This document shows, one piece after another, positions 17,456-28,806 of a DNA stretch of 64,000 bases. The DNA comes from Nannocystaceae bacterium ST9 (GTDB lineage Bacteria > Myxococcota_A > Polyangia > Nannocystales > Nannocystaceae), in contig JBLWFJ010000001.1 of the NCBI GenBank assembly GCA_048320885.1, positions 1,669,642 to 1,733,641 of the forward strand. The letters are read 5' to 3'. Both the position numbers and the translations under genes were made by a program. How positions within the stretch are numbered: position 1 is the stretch's first letter; each line of letters opens with the position of its first letter. The notes under the pieces were generated by a model. That model saw only the letters and a program-made list of their open reading frames with translations, searched no databases and was not told where the DNA came from.

Positions 17456-18796
17456 TCAGGGCTCGGCTTCGGCCCGGCGGCGGCGCAGGACGGCCACGAG
17501 CGCCCAGACGTTCAGCGCCATCACCCCGAGCACGCCGACGAACATGACCGCGGAGGGCCAGGCGTCGCGCGGATGCTGGCCGACCATGATCAGGTAGCCG
17601 TCGGGATCGGTCCGCAGCGCCCGCTCGAGCCGGACGGCCTCGATCTGCGAGCGCGGCACCGCGAGCGAACCTTCGACCGGCGCGATCGCTTCGAGCCGAC
17701 CTTCGACCTCGCGCCAGCCGGTGTCCTCGGGGCTGTCTTGATCGTAGGGGATCGAGACCACGCCCTTGGCCAGCGCGAGCTCGGCGAAGCGGGCCAGGTA
17801 GGTGACCCGGCGCGGCATCACCAGCGCGCCCTTCTTGGGATCGGCCCGATTCGCCTCGACGTCGGCCTTGCTCGCGGCGTCGAGGCCGGCCTCGAGCTGC
17901 TTGCCGATCGCGTCGTAGCGGGCTTGCTCGGCCTGCTGGAGCCCGGCCTGCTCGTCGAGCCCGACCACGAACTGCCAGGCGACCGACGACGACTTCTTGT
18001 CGAGCGGCGCCCAGGCCAAGCCGAGCCCGATCACGGCCTGCTCGGCGGCCTCGCGGGTCTTCCAGGTCGAGCGACCGAGCTGGACCACGCCGACCGGGAA
18101 GTCGACGACCAGGCGGACCATGTCGTCGTCGCCGAGCTCGAGCGCGACGCCCTCGGCCGACTCGACCGAGCGCGAGCCCTGCTCGATCGCCGCGAGCACC
18201 GAGCCGGCGTCGAGGTCCTGGAGATCGATGACCTGCTCGGCGTCGAAGAACTGCTGGAGCTTCTCCCACTGCGGGGTCGCGCCGAGCCGACGCATGCGGC
18301 CCTCGTGGTGACCGGGGAACTCGGCCGGCGCGTCTTCGTCGTCGCGCGGGATCGCGACGAAGAGCTTGCCCTCGGCCCGCAGCAGGCGGAGCACGCCGTA
18401 CCAACCATCGCGGCTGGGCGTGCGGGCGGCGTGCTGGACGTCGGGCTCGCCGTCGAGCACCACCCACTCGTTGTCGAAGTTCTCGACGAACTCGCCGTCG
18501 CGGTAGATGTCCTCGACCGAGCCCAGCGCCCGCGGCTCGCTCTGGAACACGCGCAGGAAGTAGACGAAGTCGGCCCAGGTCGCGACCAGCAAGAAGAGCC
18601 CGACGACGATCACCGCGACCGCGATGATCGGCGAGCGACCCCAGCCCAGGCGGCTGCGCAGGCCGGCCTCTTCCTGCGTGAACACAGGCGGGCTCGCGGC
18701 CGCGCGGGCCGAGGCGACCTCGCGATCGAAGTCGAGATCCTCGTCGGCGTCCGCACCTTCGGCCGGCTTGTCGCGGTTGGAGTCGCTCACGGGCAC
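17456..18796 (-). CDS. Membrane protein, hypothetical (446 aa). It is the first gene of the operon with the MBL hydrolase and the epimerase.
   Basis: An N-terminal TM (IIAVAVIVVGLFLLVATWADFVYFL) and a C-terminal TM (VMFVGVLGVMALNVWALVAVL) bracket a soluble domain. Confidence 0.55.
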   Translation of the reverse strand: MPVSDSNRDKPAEGADADEDLDFDREVASARAAASPPVFTQEEAGLRSRLGWGRSPIIAVAVIVVGLFLLVATWADFVYFLRVFQSEPRALGSVEDIYRDGEFVENFDNEWVVLDGEPDVQHAARTPSRDGWYGVLRLLRAEGKLFVAIPRDDEDAPAEFPGHHEGRMRRLGATPQWEKLQQFFDAEQVIDLQDLDAGSVLAAIEQGSRSVESAEGVALELGDDDMVRLVVDFPVGVVQLGRSTWKTREAAEQAVIGLGLAWAPLDKKSSSVAWQFVVGLDEQAGLQQAEQARYDAIGKQLEAGLDAASKADVEANRADPKKGALVMPRRVTYLARFAELALAKGVVSIPYDQDSPEDTGWREVEGRLEAIAPVEGSLAVPRSQIEAVRLERALRTDPDGYLIMVGQHPRDAWPSAVMFVGVLGVMALNVWALVAVLRRRRAEAEP

Positions 18797-18883
18797 CTCG
18801 CTATACCACGGCGGAAGGACGGGCTGCTCGACCTCATGCTCGGGCTCCGACTGCCCGCCCCCGGGGATGTTCCTGGCCTCGGC

Positions 18884-21800
18884 TCAGCGCGCATGGACCC
18901 ACAGCTCCCGACGGCGCTCGACCTTGTCGTGATCGCGGGTGATCACGACGATCCGGTTGCTGCCAGCGACCAGCGGGACCTCGGTCGAGAACGCCAGCGT
19001 GCGCGCGGCCGGGCCCTCGAGCTCGGGGTTGGCCAGATAGAACACCTTGCGCTGGGGCTGGCCCGGCGCCGAGCCCTGGACGATCACGACCACGTCGCGC
19101 ACGCGGGTCGCGTGGCTGGCCTGGCCGGAGATCGTCACGCGCTGGCCCTCGACCTGCTCGGGCACGGCCTGGATCTCGAGCTTGGGCGGATCGACCATGT
19201 GCAGCGGCAGCGCGATCGGCTTGGCCGAGCCGCGCGCGCCCGCCTCGACGCGATCGGCCGGGATCCACAGGCGCCGGCCCTGGCCCTTGGGTCCCGCGAT
19301 CGCCAGCCACTCGCCGGCGCGACCCTCGACCTCGACCAGCGCGCCGGGCTCGAGCTCGGCGACGACCGGCATCGACGCGTCGGCGCCGGCGTAGACCCGC
19401 AGCGGCTCGCTGCCCGCGACCGCGCGCAGGCGGTCGCCCTCGATCGCCTCGATCGCGTCGCGCCCGGGCAGCAGCCGAAAGAGCAGCTTGTCCTCGACGC
19501 TCTCGTGCAGCAGCCCGTCGCCGACGATCAGCTCGAGCTCGAGGGGCAGCGCGGGATCGGCCTTGCCGGCGATCGAGATCCCGAACGCGCCCATGAACGA
19601 TCCGCCTTGGCCGAGCGGACCGTGCACGAAGAGCCCCTCCTCGAGCAGGCCCTGCTTGCCCGACAAGTTGCGCAGCAGCACGCGCGCGTCGGGGGCGTCG
19701 CCGCCCTCGTCCCAGGCCTGGAACGCGAGCAGCACCCGCTCGCCCGGCTGGAGCAGCCCGTCGCCGTTGCCCTCGATCGTGAAGGGCAGCTCGCCCGGGA
19801 AGGGCTCGCTCTTCGGTCGGCTGGGTCCGCGCGCGGCCAGCCGTGGGTCGTCGATGATCCAGTAGTCGAACGCGAACTGCGGGCGCGGGGCGCCGACGAC
19901 CGCGAAGCTCAGCTGGGCCTCGCCGTCGGGCGTGGCCTCGGGCTCGCCGACGTGGGCCGCGATCGCCAGCGTGTCGACGAAGTCGACGTGCCAGCCCATG
20001 ACCTGCAGCTCGAGATCGCGGCTGAGCGTCTGCCCGGCGCCGAGCTTGCCGATCAAGACCTCGATCCCGTCGAGCTCGTCGCGCGGGCAGTCGGTGATCA
20101 GGTGGACCTGCTCGAGATCGCGATCGCTGGGGTTGCGGACCTCGACGTGCAGCGTGAAGGGCTTGCCGGCCTGCGTGGTCGGCAGCGCGATCTGACCGGG
20201 CGCCGGCGGCTCGCCGATCGAGAGCGCGAGCTCGAGCTTGGTCTCGGCGTCGGCCGGATCGTCGATCGGCGTCCAGTCGATCTTCCAAGGCTCGATGCCC
20301 GCACGGATCCGCTGATCTTCGACCGCCGCGAGCTCGCCGACCACGGCCGGCAGCGCGTCGAGCTGGGCCCGCCGACCGACCTTGCCCTCGAGCTTGACCG
20401 CGACCTCGCGGGCCAGCCGGATCTCGGGATCGCCGAGCTCGATCGGCGTGGGCAGCTCGGCGCCCGCGGGCGGCTGGGCGAAGTAGCGCAGCGAGAGCTT
20501 GGGCTGGGCGAGCGCGGCCTCGGCTCGCGCGTCGGCCTCGTGGACCGCCGAAGGCAGGTGCAGGGTTCGCCCGCACTCGCGCGCCCGCTCGAAGCGCTCG
20601 ACGTCGTACATCGCCGCGACGCCCTCGTAGGCGCTGAGCTGGACCGGCAAGAGCTGGAGATCGGGCACGACCCCGATGCTCTGGATCTTGCGGTCGCCCG
20701 CGACCCGGTACTCGGCGATCGTCAGCTTGAGCGCGAGCTCGCGGCCGTAGGGCGTGGCCGGATGCAGCTCTTGAACCGTGCCCTTGCCGAAGCTCGCCCG
20801 CCCGAGGATCACCGCGCGATCGAGGTGCTTGAGCGAGCCACCGACGATCTCCGCGGCCGAGGCCGCCTCTTCGTCGACCAGCGCGACGATCGGGACCTCG
20901 AGCGGGATCGCCAGCTCGGGCGTGCCGTCTTGATGCTCGCGGCCGTGCGCCGAGTGGACGATGACCAGCTCGCCGCCGGTCACGACCTCGTCGAGCACGC
21001 CGGTGCCCTGGGTCAGCAGCCCGCCCGAGTTGTCGCGCAGATCGAAGATCACCCCGGCCAGCTTGCCCTGGTTCTGAAACTCGACCAGCGCCTCGTGCAG
21101 CTTCTCGGTCGTGTCTTCCTGAAACGAGGCGATCTGCACGTAGCCGACGTTGCCCGGCAGCATCACCGAGCGAACCGCCGGGATCCGAATCACGCCGCGC
21201 GTGATCGTCAAGGTCAGCACTTCGTCGCCGCGGCGAACCTTGACCACCACCGGCTCGTCGACGGGTCCACGCAAGAGCGCCTGCGCGTCGCTCGAGGTCA
21301 TGTTGACGGTCGACTGCTCGTCGATCTCGAGCAGCAGGTCGAGGTCGCGCAGACCGGCCTTCTGGGCCGGCGAGTCGGGCAGCACGCGGACCACCACGAT
21401 CCTTCGCTCTTGCCCGCGGATCTCGGCCCCGATCCCGCCGAAGTGTCCGCGGGTCTTGATCCCGAGCTCGGCGTTCTCCTCGGGCGTCAGCAGGATCGTG
21501 TGCGGATCGAGGGGCGAGAGGAACCCGTTGATCGCCGCGTACTCGAGCTCGTGCAGCGGCTCGTCCTCGAGCGAGAGCACCTCGGCGGTGAACACCAGCA
21601 CGCGCTCGAGCAGGTCGGCCGCGGTCGCGAGATCGTGGACCTCGGCGAGCGGGAATTCCTGGCTGCGCGAGCGGACCGTCACCTTCAATTGCTCGCCGAC
21701 GATCTCGGCGAAGAACTCGGGCGTGTGCAGGCCGAGCTGATCGGCCGCGGTCGCCAGCTGCCCGCGAGGATCGAAGCGGCGCGCGTCGAAGTAGTCCTGC

Positions 21801-22042
21801 TCGACCATCGCGACCGACCAGATCAAGAGCGGGAAGCTGCGGGTCTCGAGGTGCAGCCGCTCGACCAGCTCCTCGCTGGTCGGCCGCTCGGACGCCTTCG
21901 TGGTCTCGCCCTCCGGCGTGGCCTCGACCTCGCCCGACTCCTGGGCGCCCTCGGCCTGCTTGCCCCTACAGCCGGCCACGAGCATCAGCGCGAGCAGACC
22001 TGCGGATAGAAGAGAAGGCCGGGTCAGCCGCAGGTCGCGCAT
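18884..22042 (-). CDS. S41-family C-terminal processing peptidase (tail-specific protease-like) lipoprotein with a long C-terminal extension (1052 aa).
   Basis: It has an LVAGC lipobox and a PDZ-like segment. The S41 motifs are LRDNSGGLLTQG and ASFGKGTVQ. The antisense ORF 16529..22009 (+) is an artefact. Confidence 0.85.
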   Translation of the reverse strand: MRDLRLTRPSLLSAGLLALMLVAGCRGKQAEGAQESGEVEATPEGETTKASERPTSEELVERLHLETRSFPLLIWSVAMVEQDYFDARRFDPRGQLATAADQLGLHTPEFFAEIVGEQLKVTVRSRSQEFPLAEVHDLATAADLLERVLVFTAEVLSLEDEPLHELEYAAINGFLSPLDPHTILLTPEENAELGIKTRGHFGGIGAEIRGQERRIVVVRVLPDSPAQKAGLRDLDLLLEIDEQSTVNMTSSDAQALLRGPVDEPVVVKVRRGDEVLTLTITRGVIRIPAVRSVMLPGNVGYVQIASFQEDTTEKLHEALVEFQNQGKLAGVIFDLRDNSGGLLTQGTGVLDEVVTGGELVIVHSAHGREHQDGTPELAIPLEVPIVALVDEEAASAAEIVGGSLKHLDRAVILGRASFGKGTVQELHPATPYGRELALKLTIAEYRVAGDRKIQSIGVVPDLQLLPVQLSAYEGVAAMYDVERFERARECGRTLHLPSAVHEADARAEAALAQPKLSLRYFAQPPAGAELPTPIELGDPEIRLAREVAVKLEGKVGRRAQLDALPAVVGELAAVEDQRIRAGIEPWKIDWTPIDDPADAETKLELALSIGEPPAPGQIALPTTQAGKPFTLHVEVRNPSDRDLEQVHLITDCPRDELDGIEVLIGKLGAGQTLSRDLELQVMGWHVDFVDTLAIAAHVGEPEATPDGEAQLSFAVVGAPRPQFAFDYWIIDDPRLAARGPSRPKSEPFPGELPFTIEGNGDGLLQPGERVLLAFQAWDEGGDAPDARVLLRNLSGKQGLLEEGLFVHGPLGQGGSFMGAFGISIAGKADPALPLELELIVGDGLLHESVEDKLLFRLLPGRDAIEAIEGDRLRAVAGSEPLRVYAGADASMPVVAELEPGALVEVEGRAGEWLAIAGPKGQGRRLWIPADRVEAGARGSAKPIALPLHMVDPPKLEIQAVPEQVEGQRVTISGQASHATRVRDVVVIVQGSAPGQPQRKVFYLANPELEGPAARTLAFSTEVPLVAGSNRIVVITRDHDKVERRRELWVHAR

Positions 22043-22220
22043 GGATGCACAGCATAGCTTGGCCGGGCGCGGCCCTGTATGGGGCCCCGAACGAGCTCAA
22101 TGACACGGAAACCAGCAAACTCGCTCGGATACGTAGCAAAACACGCCCGCGCGCCTGGCTAACTACCGAAGATCAAGTCTGATCCGATCTGGCACGGGAT
22201 CGGCAGACAAAAATGTCGCA

Positions 22221-22835
22221 GTGCGTACCCCCCAACCGACGACCGCACGTCCCCTGCGCCGAGTCTCGGCCGCATTGGGTTTCTGCCTCACGCTGGCGAC
22301 TGCCGCTTGCGCCGACGCGCCGATCACCGCCGCCGACCTCCAGTCGAACGGCGAACTCCGGCAAGGAACCCAGCATGTTCACTCCGCGGAGACCGCGGCG
22401 GTCACCCAGCGCGCTTCGCACTTGCGCGTGACCGGGGTGCTGGCCGCGCAGGCCGACGGTCCGCTCGAGGATGCCACCCGCTTCTCGGACGAGGTCGAGG
22501 CCATCCATCTCCACCTGCGCGTCGAGGACATCGCCGAGCCCCGGCCCGTGACCTTCGTGTGGACGCACGATGGGGTGACGCGCGAGACCCTGGGATTCCT
22601 CCAGCCCTCCGAAACTCTCTCGCTGGCCGCGAGCCTGCCCCTCGTCCTCGACGAGCGCGAGGCGGCCCCCATGGTCGAGCCGATGACCGGCACCTGGAAG
22701 GTCGAGGTCTTCTCGACCAGCGGCCCCAGCCTGGTCGAGACCCGCAGCCTGCTCTTCGAGCGCGAGTTCGAGATCCTGGCCGCCGAGCAGTTCGAGGCGC
22801 TCGCGTCCGAACCCGCCCGCGGTGTCGCTGGCTGA
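22221..22835 (+). CDS. Lipoprotein, hypothetical (204 aa).
   Basis: It has a LATAAC lipobox and protein-like composition. Confidence 0.5.
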   Translation: MRTPQPTTARPLRRVSAALGFCLTLATAACADAPITAADLQSNGELRQGTQHVHSAETAAVTQRASHLRVTGVLAAQADGPLEDATRFSDEVEAIHLHLRVEDIAEPRPVTFVWTHDGVTRETLGFLQPSETLSLAASLPLVLDEREAAPMVEPMTGTWKVEVFSTSGPSLVETRSLLFEREFEILAAEQFEALASEPARGVAG

Positions 22836-22995
22836 CGCCCCACAAAGTTACCGTTCGAGTCTTCGTTCCGTCCTGATCGAGCTGCTGAAGTCGAGTCGAG
22901 TGCGCCCACGGTTTCCGGCCGTGGGCGCACGCTTTTTTGCTCGTTTGGCCCGCCCGAGTCCGACCGCGACCGAGTTCGGGTAGCATGCGGACTCC

Positions 22996-23379
22996 ATGGC
23001 GGACAGCCTCCTCGATCCCCAAGAAGTCGAAGCCTTTGCCCGCGGTCTGTGGATCTTGGCCACGGCCGACGGCGTCGCCCACCCGAACGAGCAGGCGTTG
23101 ATCCGCGAGTTCCTCGCGGACACCGGCAACGTCGTGAGCTGGCAGCAGGCGACCGCCGGCGAGTTCGGCCCGGCCGACGTCGCGATCGCACTCGAGAGCT
23201 CCTTCTTGCGTCGCGTGTTCATGAAGGCCGCGATCGCCCTGGTCCACGCCGACGGCATGTACACCGACAACGAGCGGCGAGCGATCGGCGAGTTCGCCGA
23301 GGCGCTCGGCATGAGTCACACCGAGTTCGGCGAGCTCGAGCAGGCCGCCAAGCGAGTCGACCTCGCGGCCGCCGAGTGA
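22996..23379 (+). CDS. TerB-like (tellurite-resistance TerB family) small protein.
   Basis: Two halves each carry an LxxADGxxxxxExxxIxEF pattern (ILATADGVAHPNEQALIREF and LVHADGMYTDNERRAIGEF). Confidence 0.45.
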   Translation: MADSLLDPQEVEAFARGLWILATADGVAHPNEQALIREFLADTGNVVSWQQATAGEFGPADVAIALESSFLRRVFMKAAIALVHADGMYTDNERRAIGEFAEALGMSHTEFGELEQAAKRVDLAAAE

Positions 23380-23483
23380 ACGCCGCGGAATCACCCCACG
23401 CCCGCCGGGTTCAATCCCCCGGCCGGCGAGTTTCCAAGCGCCCCTGGCGCTGAACCGAACCGACCTCAGGAGCAGCAAGCCGA

Positions 23484-24632
<1,149 letters not shown>

Positions 24633-24772
24633 TCGCGTCGCGACTCCGCGCTCGGATCGGGCCGCCTGGACGCGATTCCAGGCGGCCTCTTCGCTTCGAA
24701 GACGCGACCCGGTGAACCAAAGGAGAAGCCCCGCATCGAGCGATGCGAGGCTCTCCATCAATCGAGCGACAA

Positions 24773-25975
24773 TCAGGGCAGGAGCGCGTTGGTGGTGACG
24801 ATGTCGTCGACCCACACGGAGTCGGAGTTCGAGCTCACGCTGCCGTCCTTGACGTAGCTCCAGCGCAGGGTGTGGTTGCCGGCCGCGATGTTGAACGCGG
24901 GCGACTGCGTCCACCCGATGATGCCCGACCACGCGCCCGGCTGCTGCACGCCGTCGATGTAGAAGCGCAGGAAGTCCCAGCCGGACTCGGTGCTGATCCG
25001 GTACCAGAACTGCACGGTGCCGGGGTTCACGTAGTTCAGGGTCACTTCCATGACGCTGGTCTGGCTGTCGCCGATGTTGCCCGACTCGCCGTTGAAGCCA
25101 CCCGCGTGCGGCATGGTGGCGCTGCCGAACCAGTTGGCGTTGCCGCTGAGCACCCACTCGGCCGGCAGCACGGCGCCGCCCTCGAAGTCCTCGCCCCACC
25201 AGCTGTTGACGCAGAGGTCCTCGACATAGGCGTCGCAGGCGTCGCTGCACGAGAGCGTGCCGCCGAGGTAGCCGAGGCCGACACAGGTGCCGCCGTCGAG
25301 GTCGGCACCGTCGCACGCCTCGCCGTCGTCGATCACGTCGTTGCCACAGTTGTTGCAGCCATCGGTGATCAGCGCCGAGCAATCGTCGGCGCAAGCCAGC
25401 TCGCCGCCCGCGAAGCCCTGATCGGCGCAGGTCTGGCCGCCCAGATCGGCGCCGTCGCAAGCCTCGTCGCCCTCGACCACGCCGTTGCCACACTCGGCCG
25501 CGACACAGCCCGACGCGTCGTACTGACAGTCGGCGCCGCAGAGCAGCTCGCCGCCCGAGAATCCGAGCGCGACACAGTCGAAGCCGCCGAGGTCGGCACC
25601 TTCGCACTGCTCGCCCGCGTCGATGATCCCGTCGCCACAGGTGCCGCCGGTCTCGGTGCCCGTGTCGGTGCCCGTGTCGGTCGTCGCCGTGTCGGCCGTG
25701 TCGGTCGTCGCCGTGTCGGCCGTGTCGGCCGTGTCGGTCGTCGCCGTGTCGGCCGTGTCGGTCGTCGCCGTGTCGGCCGTGTCGGTCGTGTCGGACGCGG
25801 TCGTCGAAGTGTCGGCCGTCGTGGTGGTGTCGGAAGGATCGGTGTCGGTGCCTGTCTCGCCGGCCGTGCCGGTCTCACCGATCTCCTCGTTGCCGGTCGA
25901 GTCGTCGGTACAGCCGACCGCGAGCAGGGGGAGGCAGCACACGGAAGCGAAGAAGTGAAGTTGGAGGCGTTTCAT
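24773..25975 (-). CDS. Secreted cysteine-rich repeat protein with a C-terminal beta-sandwich-like domain (paralog of the protein at 10506..11534).
   Basis: The internal start gives MKRLQLHFFASVCCLPLLAVGC. A T/D-rich linker follows. Four repeats follow the pattern CG(D/N)GxxDxGExC(E/D)GADLxGxxC, then a W/Y-rich globular tail. Confidence 0.75.
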   Translation of the reverse strand: MKRLQLHFFASVCCLPLLAVGCTDDSTGNEEIGETGTAGETGTDTDPSDTTTTADTSTTASDTTDTADTATTDTADTATTDTADTADTATTDTADTATTDTGTDTGTETGGTCGDGIIDAGEQCEGADLGGFDCVALGFSGGELLCGADCQYDASGCVAAECGNGVVEGDEACDGADLGGQTCADQGFAGGELACADDCSALITDGCNNCGNDVIDDGEACDGADLDGGTCVGLGYLGGTLSCSDACDAYVEDLCVNSWWGEDFEGGAVLPAEWVLSGNANWFGSATMPHAGGFNGESGNIGDSQTSVMEVTLNYVNPGTVQFWYRISTESGWDFLRFYIDGVQQPGAWSGIIGWTQSPAFNIAAGNHTLRWSYVKDGSVSSNSDSVWVDDIVTTNALLP

Positions 25976-26211
25976 GTTGGTGGAGTCTCTGCGAAGGGGC
26001 CGAGCCAAGTGTCGGCCTGGGAACGATAACGCAAACAGGTCGCGTCTATCTCGCTCGGTGTGAGCGCCTGTACCCGAGTTGCGGTCGGGTCGGAGAGTCC
26101 GCGAGTCCACCAGTCCCCTCTTGGCCACAACCTCGTACTTCCATCTCGAAACTCCGTCCTACGGTCGATCACGGCGCAGTTCGTCGGGCAAGGAACCTCC
26201 TCACGACACCA

Positions 26212-28806
26212 ATGTCTCGGTCGCCCATGCGCGCGACCCCAGCAGTTCGAGTTCCACGAGGAGGCGATGCCCAGGGGCGTCGCCTCTTCGCGTTTTTCCT
26301 CACCCCCACGCTGCTCGCTTGCGCGCCCGTGGGCAGCGACGAGTTTCAGGATCGCACGGAGATCTTGACGGACGAGCTTGACGAGATCGCGCTCGTGCTG
26401 CCCGACGACGACCGTGAGGAGCCCGTCGCCAATCTCGCGCCCGACGAGCTCTACTGCGACGTTCGAGCGCGTCCGAGCGAGGTTCGTCCGGTCGCCGATG
26501 CGCTCGCCGACCCTGGTCCCGGCGCGCTGCGCTTTCACGATCCGCTGACGCAGGTGTTGCTCGAGCTGCCCCTGCAAGCGACCCGCTTCGACACGCATGT
26601 CATCGGCACGATCGCCGAGACCGAGGTCGTCCAGGTGTTCAGCAACCCGCTCGATCAGCCGATCGAGGCGGTCTACATGTTCCCGCTCCACGAGCACGCG
26701 GCGGTCGACGACTACGCGCTGACGATCGGCACGCGAACCATCCGCGGCAAGATCGACACCCGCGAGCAGGCTCGCGCCACCTACGAGCAGGCCAAGCAGG
26801 CCGGGCAGACCGCGGGCCTGCTCGAGCAGCAGCGGCCCAACCTGTTCACCCAGCAGGTCACCAACATCGCGCCGGGCGAGACGATCGAGGTCAGCCTGCA
26901 CGTCGTCCAGCCGCTCGATCAAGACGAGGGCCGCTACACGCTGACCCTGCCGACCGTCGTCGGTCCGCGCTACGTCGGCGACGCGAGCGATGCCGCGAAG
27001 ATCACCGCGCCGATCACCGCCCCGATCATGCCCGAGGGCACCACGACCTGCGCGGGCGTCGAGATCTCGGTCGCGATCGAGGCCGGCCTGCGCCCGCGAT
27101 CGCTGCGCTCGCAGTACCACGGGATCGTGATCGATCGTCGGCACGAGAACCTCGTCGAGATCGAGCTGGCCGGGGGCCCCGCGATCGCCAACCGCGACTT
27201 CGTGCTCTCGTGGGACGTCGAGGGCGGGCGACCCGAGGCGGCGATCGTCGCCCAGCCACCGAAGGCCGCCGGCCCCGGCTACTTCACGATGACGATCGCC
27301 CCGCCGGACGTCGTGCTCGACGAAGACGCGATCGGCCGCGAGCTGGTGTTCGTGGTCGACAACTCGGGCTCGATGGAGGGCGCGCCGATCATCACGGCCA
27401 AGGCCGCGATGCAGCGCGCGCTCGCCCAGCTCCGACCCCACGACAGCTTCGCGGTCCTGCGCTTCTCGGAGGAGGCGTCCGGCCTGTCCGACGCGCTGCT
27501 GCCGGCCACCCAAGCCAACATCGAGCGCGGCTTGGCCTACGTCGACGCGATGCAGGGCGAGGGCGGCACGGACATGCAGGCCGGGATCGAGGCCGCGCTC
27601 GCGCTCCCACACGATCCGACCCGCGTCCGCATGGTGCTGTTCTTGACCGACGGCTACGTCGGCGACGAGGCCGAGATCTTCGAGTTGGTCGAGCGCTCGA
27701 TCGGCGAGGCACGGCTCTTCGGCCTCGGCGTCGGTGGGGCGCCCAACCGCTACCTGCTCGACGGTCTGGCCGCGGCCGGTCGCGGCGCGGTGATCTACGC
27801 CGGCGTCGGCGAGGCGATCGATCCGATCGTCGAGCGCTTCTACGATCGGATCGCGACCCCGGTGCTCGGCGAGCTCGAGATCGACTGGGGCGGCCTGGCG
27901 GTCAGCGACGTGCTGCCGGCCAAGCTGCCCGACCTGTTCGCCGGCCAGCCGCTGACCGTGTTCGGCCGCTACACCGGCGAGCCCCAGGGCACGATCCGCG
28001 TGCGCGCCAAGACCAAGTCCGGCGCGATCGAGCTGCCCGTCGAGTTCGACCTCGCGCAGGCGCAGAGCAGCACCGGCGTGTCCTCGATCTGGGCCCGCCA
28101 CGAGGTCGATCGCCTGCTCGGCTACCCGACGCCGGCCTACCCCAACGGGATCGGCGGCGAGCAGGCCAAGCAAGACGTGATCGCGCTGGCGCTCGAGCAT
28201 CGACTGCTCACGCAGTTCACCAGCTTCGTCGCGGTCGACGAGCGCCAGGTGCTGGGCGCCGACGGTACGCCGCAGACGATCGTCCAGCCGCTCGAGCCAC
28301 CGATCGGCACCACGTTCGAGGGCTTCGGCGAGCTCATGCTGACCGGCACCGGCCGAGGCGGCGGCGGTACGGGTCAGGGCGTGATCGGCCTGGGCAACAC
28401 CGGCTTGATCGGTCGCGGCGGCGGAGGCACGGGCGGCAGCTACGGTCGGGGATCGGGCGCCGGCTTCGGTGGGCGTGGTTCGGTCGTCCCGCAGATCCGA
28501 CTGGGCAAGGCCAGCGTGGCCGGCTCGCTCGACAAGGACGTGATCCGCCGGATCGTCCGCGCCCACATCAACGAGATCCGCGGCTGCTACAACCAGGGCT
28601 TGGCCAAGGATCCCACGCTGGCCGGACGGATCGTGCTGAAGGTCGAAGTCGGCGGCGATGGCAAGGTCGTCGCCGCCGAGATCGGCGAGGACGGCCTCGA
28701 GCAAGGCGTCGGCGCGTGCATGGTGAAGGCCGCCAAGAAGTGGACCTTCCCCAAGGCGAGCGGTGGGTTCTCGTTCACCTATCCCTTCGAGTTCTCGCCC
28801 TCGTGA
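26212..28806 (+). CDS. VIT domain + von Willebrand factor A domain lipoprotein with a C-terminal AgmX/PglI-type (TonB-C-like) domain (864 aa).
   Basis: VIT motifs read FDTHVIGTIAETEVVQVFSNP...EAVYMFPL...TIRGKI. The VWA MIDAS motif reads LVFVVDNSGSM...LFLTDG. A G-rich linker precedes the C-terminus DKDVIRRIVRAHINEIRGCYNQ...WTFPKASGGFSFTYPFEFSP. A probable lipobox is LLAC. Confidence 0.85.
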   Translation: MSRSPMRATPAVRVPRGGDAQGRRLFAFFLTPTLLACAPVGSDEFQDRTEILTDELDEIALVLPDDDREEPVANLAPDELYCDVRARPSEVRPVADALADPGPGALRFHDPLTQVLLELPLQATRFDTHVIGTIAETEVVQVFSNPLDQPIEAVYMFPLHEHAAVDDYALTIGTRTIRGKIDTREQARATYEQAKQAGQTAGLLEQQRPNLFTQQVTNIAPGETIEVSLHVVQPLDQDEGRYTLTLPTVVGPRYVGDASDAAKITAPITAPIMPEGTTTCAGVEISVAIEAGLRPRSLRSQYHGIVIDRRHENLVEIELAGGPAIANRDFVLSWDVEGGRPEAAIVAQPPKAAGPGYFTMTIAPPDVVLDEDAIGRELVFVVDNSGSMEGAPIITAKAAMQRALAQLRPHDSFAVLRFSEEASGLSDALLPATQANIERGLAYVDAMQGEGGTDMQAGIEAALALPHDPTRVRMVLFLTDGYVGDEAEIFELVERSIGEARLFGLGVGGAPNRYLLDGLAAAGRGAVIYAGVGEAIDPIVERFYDRIATPVLGELEIDWGGLAVSDVLPAKLPDLFAGQPLTVFGRYTGEPQGTIRVRAKTKSGAIELPVEFDLAQAQSSTGVSSIWARHEVDRLLGYPTPAYPNGIGGEQAKQDVIALALEHRLLTQFTSFVAVDERQVLGADGTPQTIVQPLEPPIGTTFEGFGELMLTGTGRGGGGTGQGVIGLGNTGLIGRGGGGTGGSYGRGSGAGFGGRGSVVPQIRLGKASVAGSLDKDVIRRIVRAHINEIRGCYNQGLAKDPTLAGRIVLKVEVGGDGKVVAAEIGEDGLEQGVGACMVKAAKKWTFPKASGGFSFTYPFEFSPS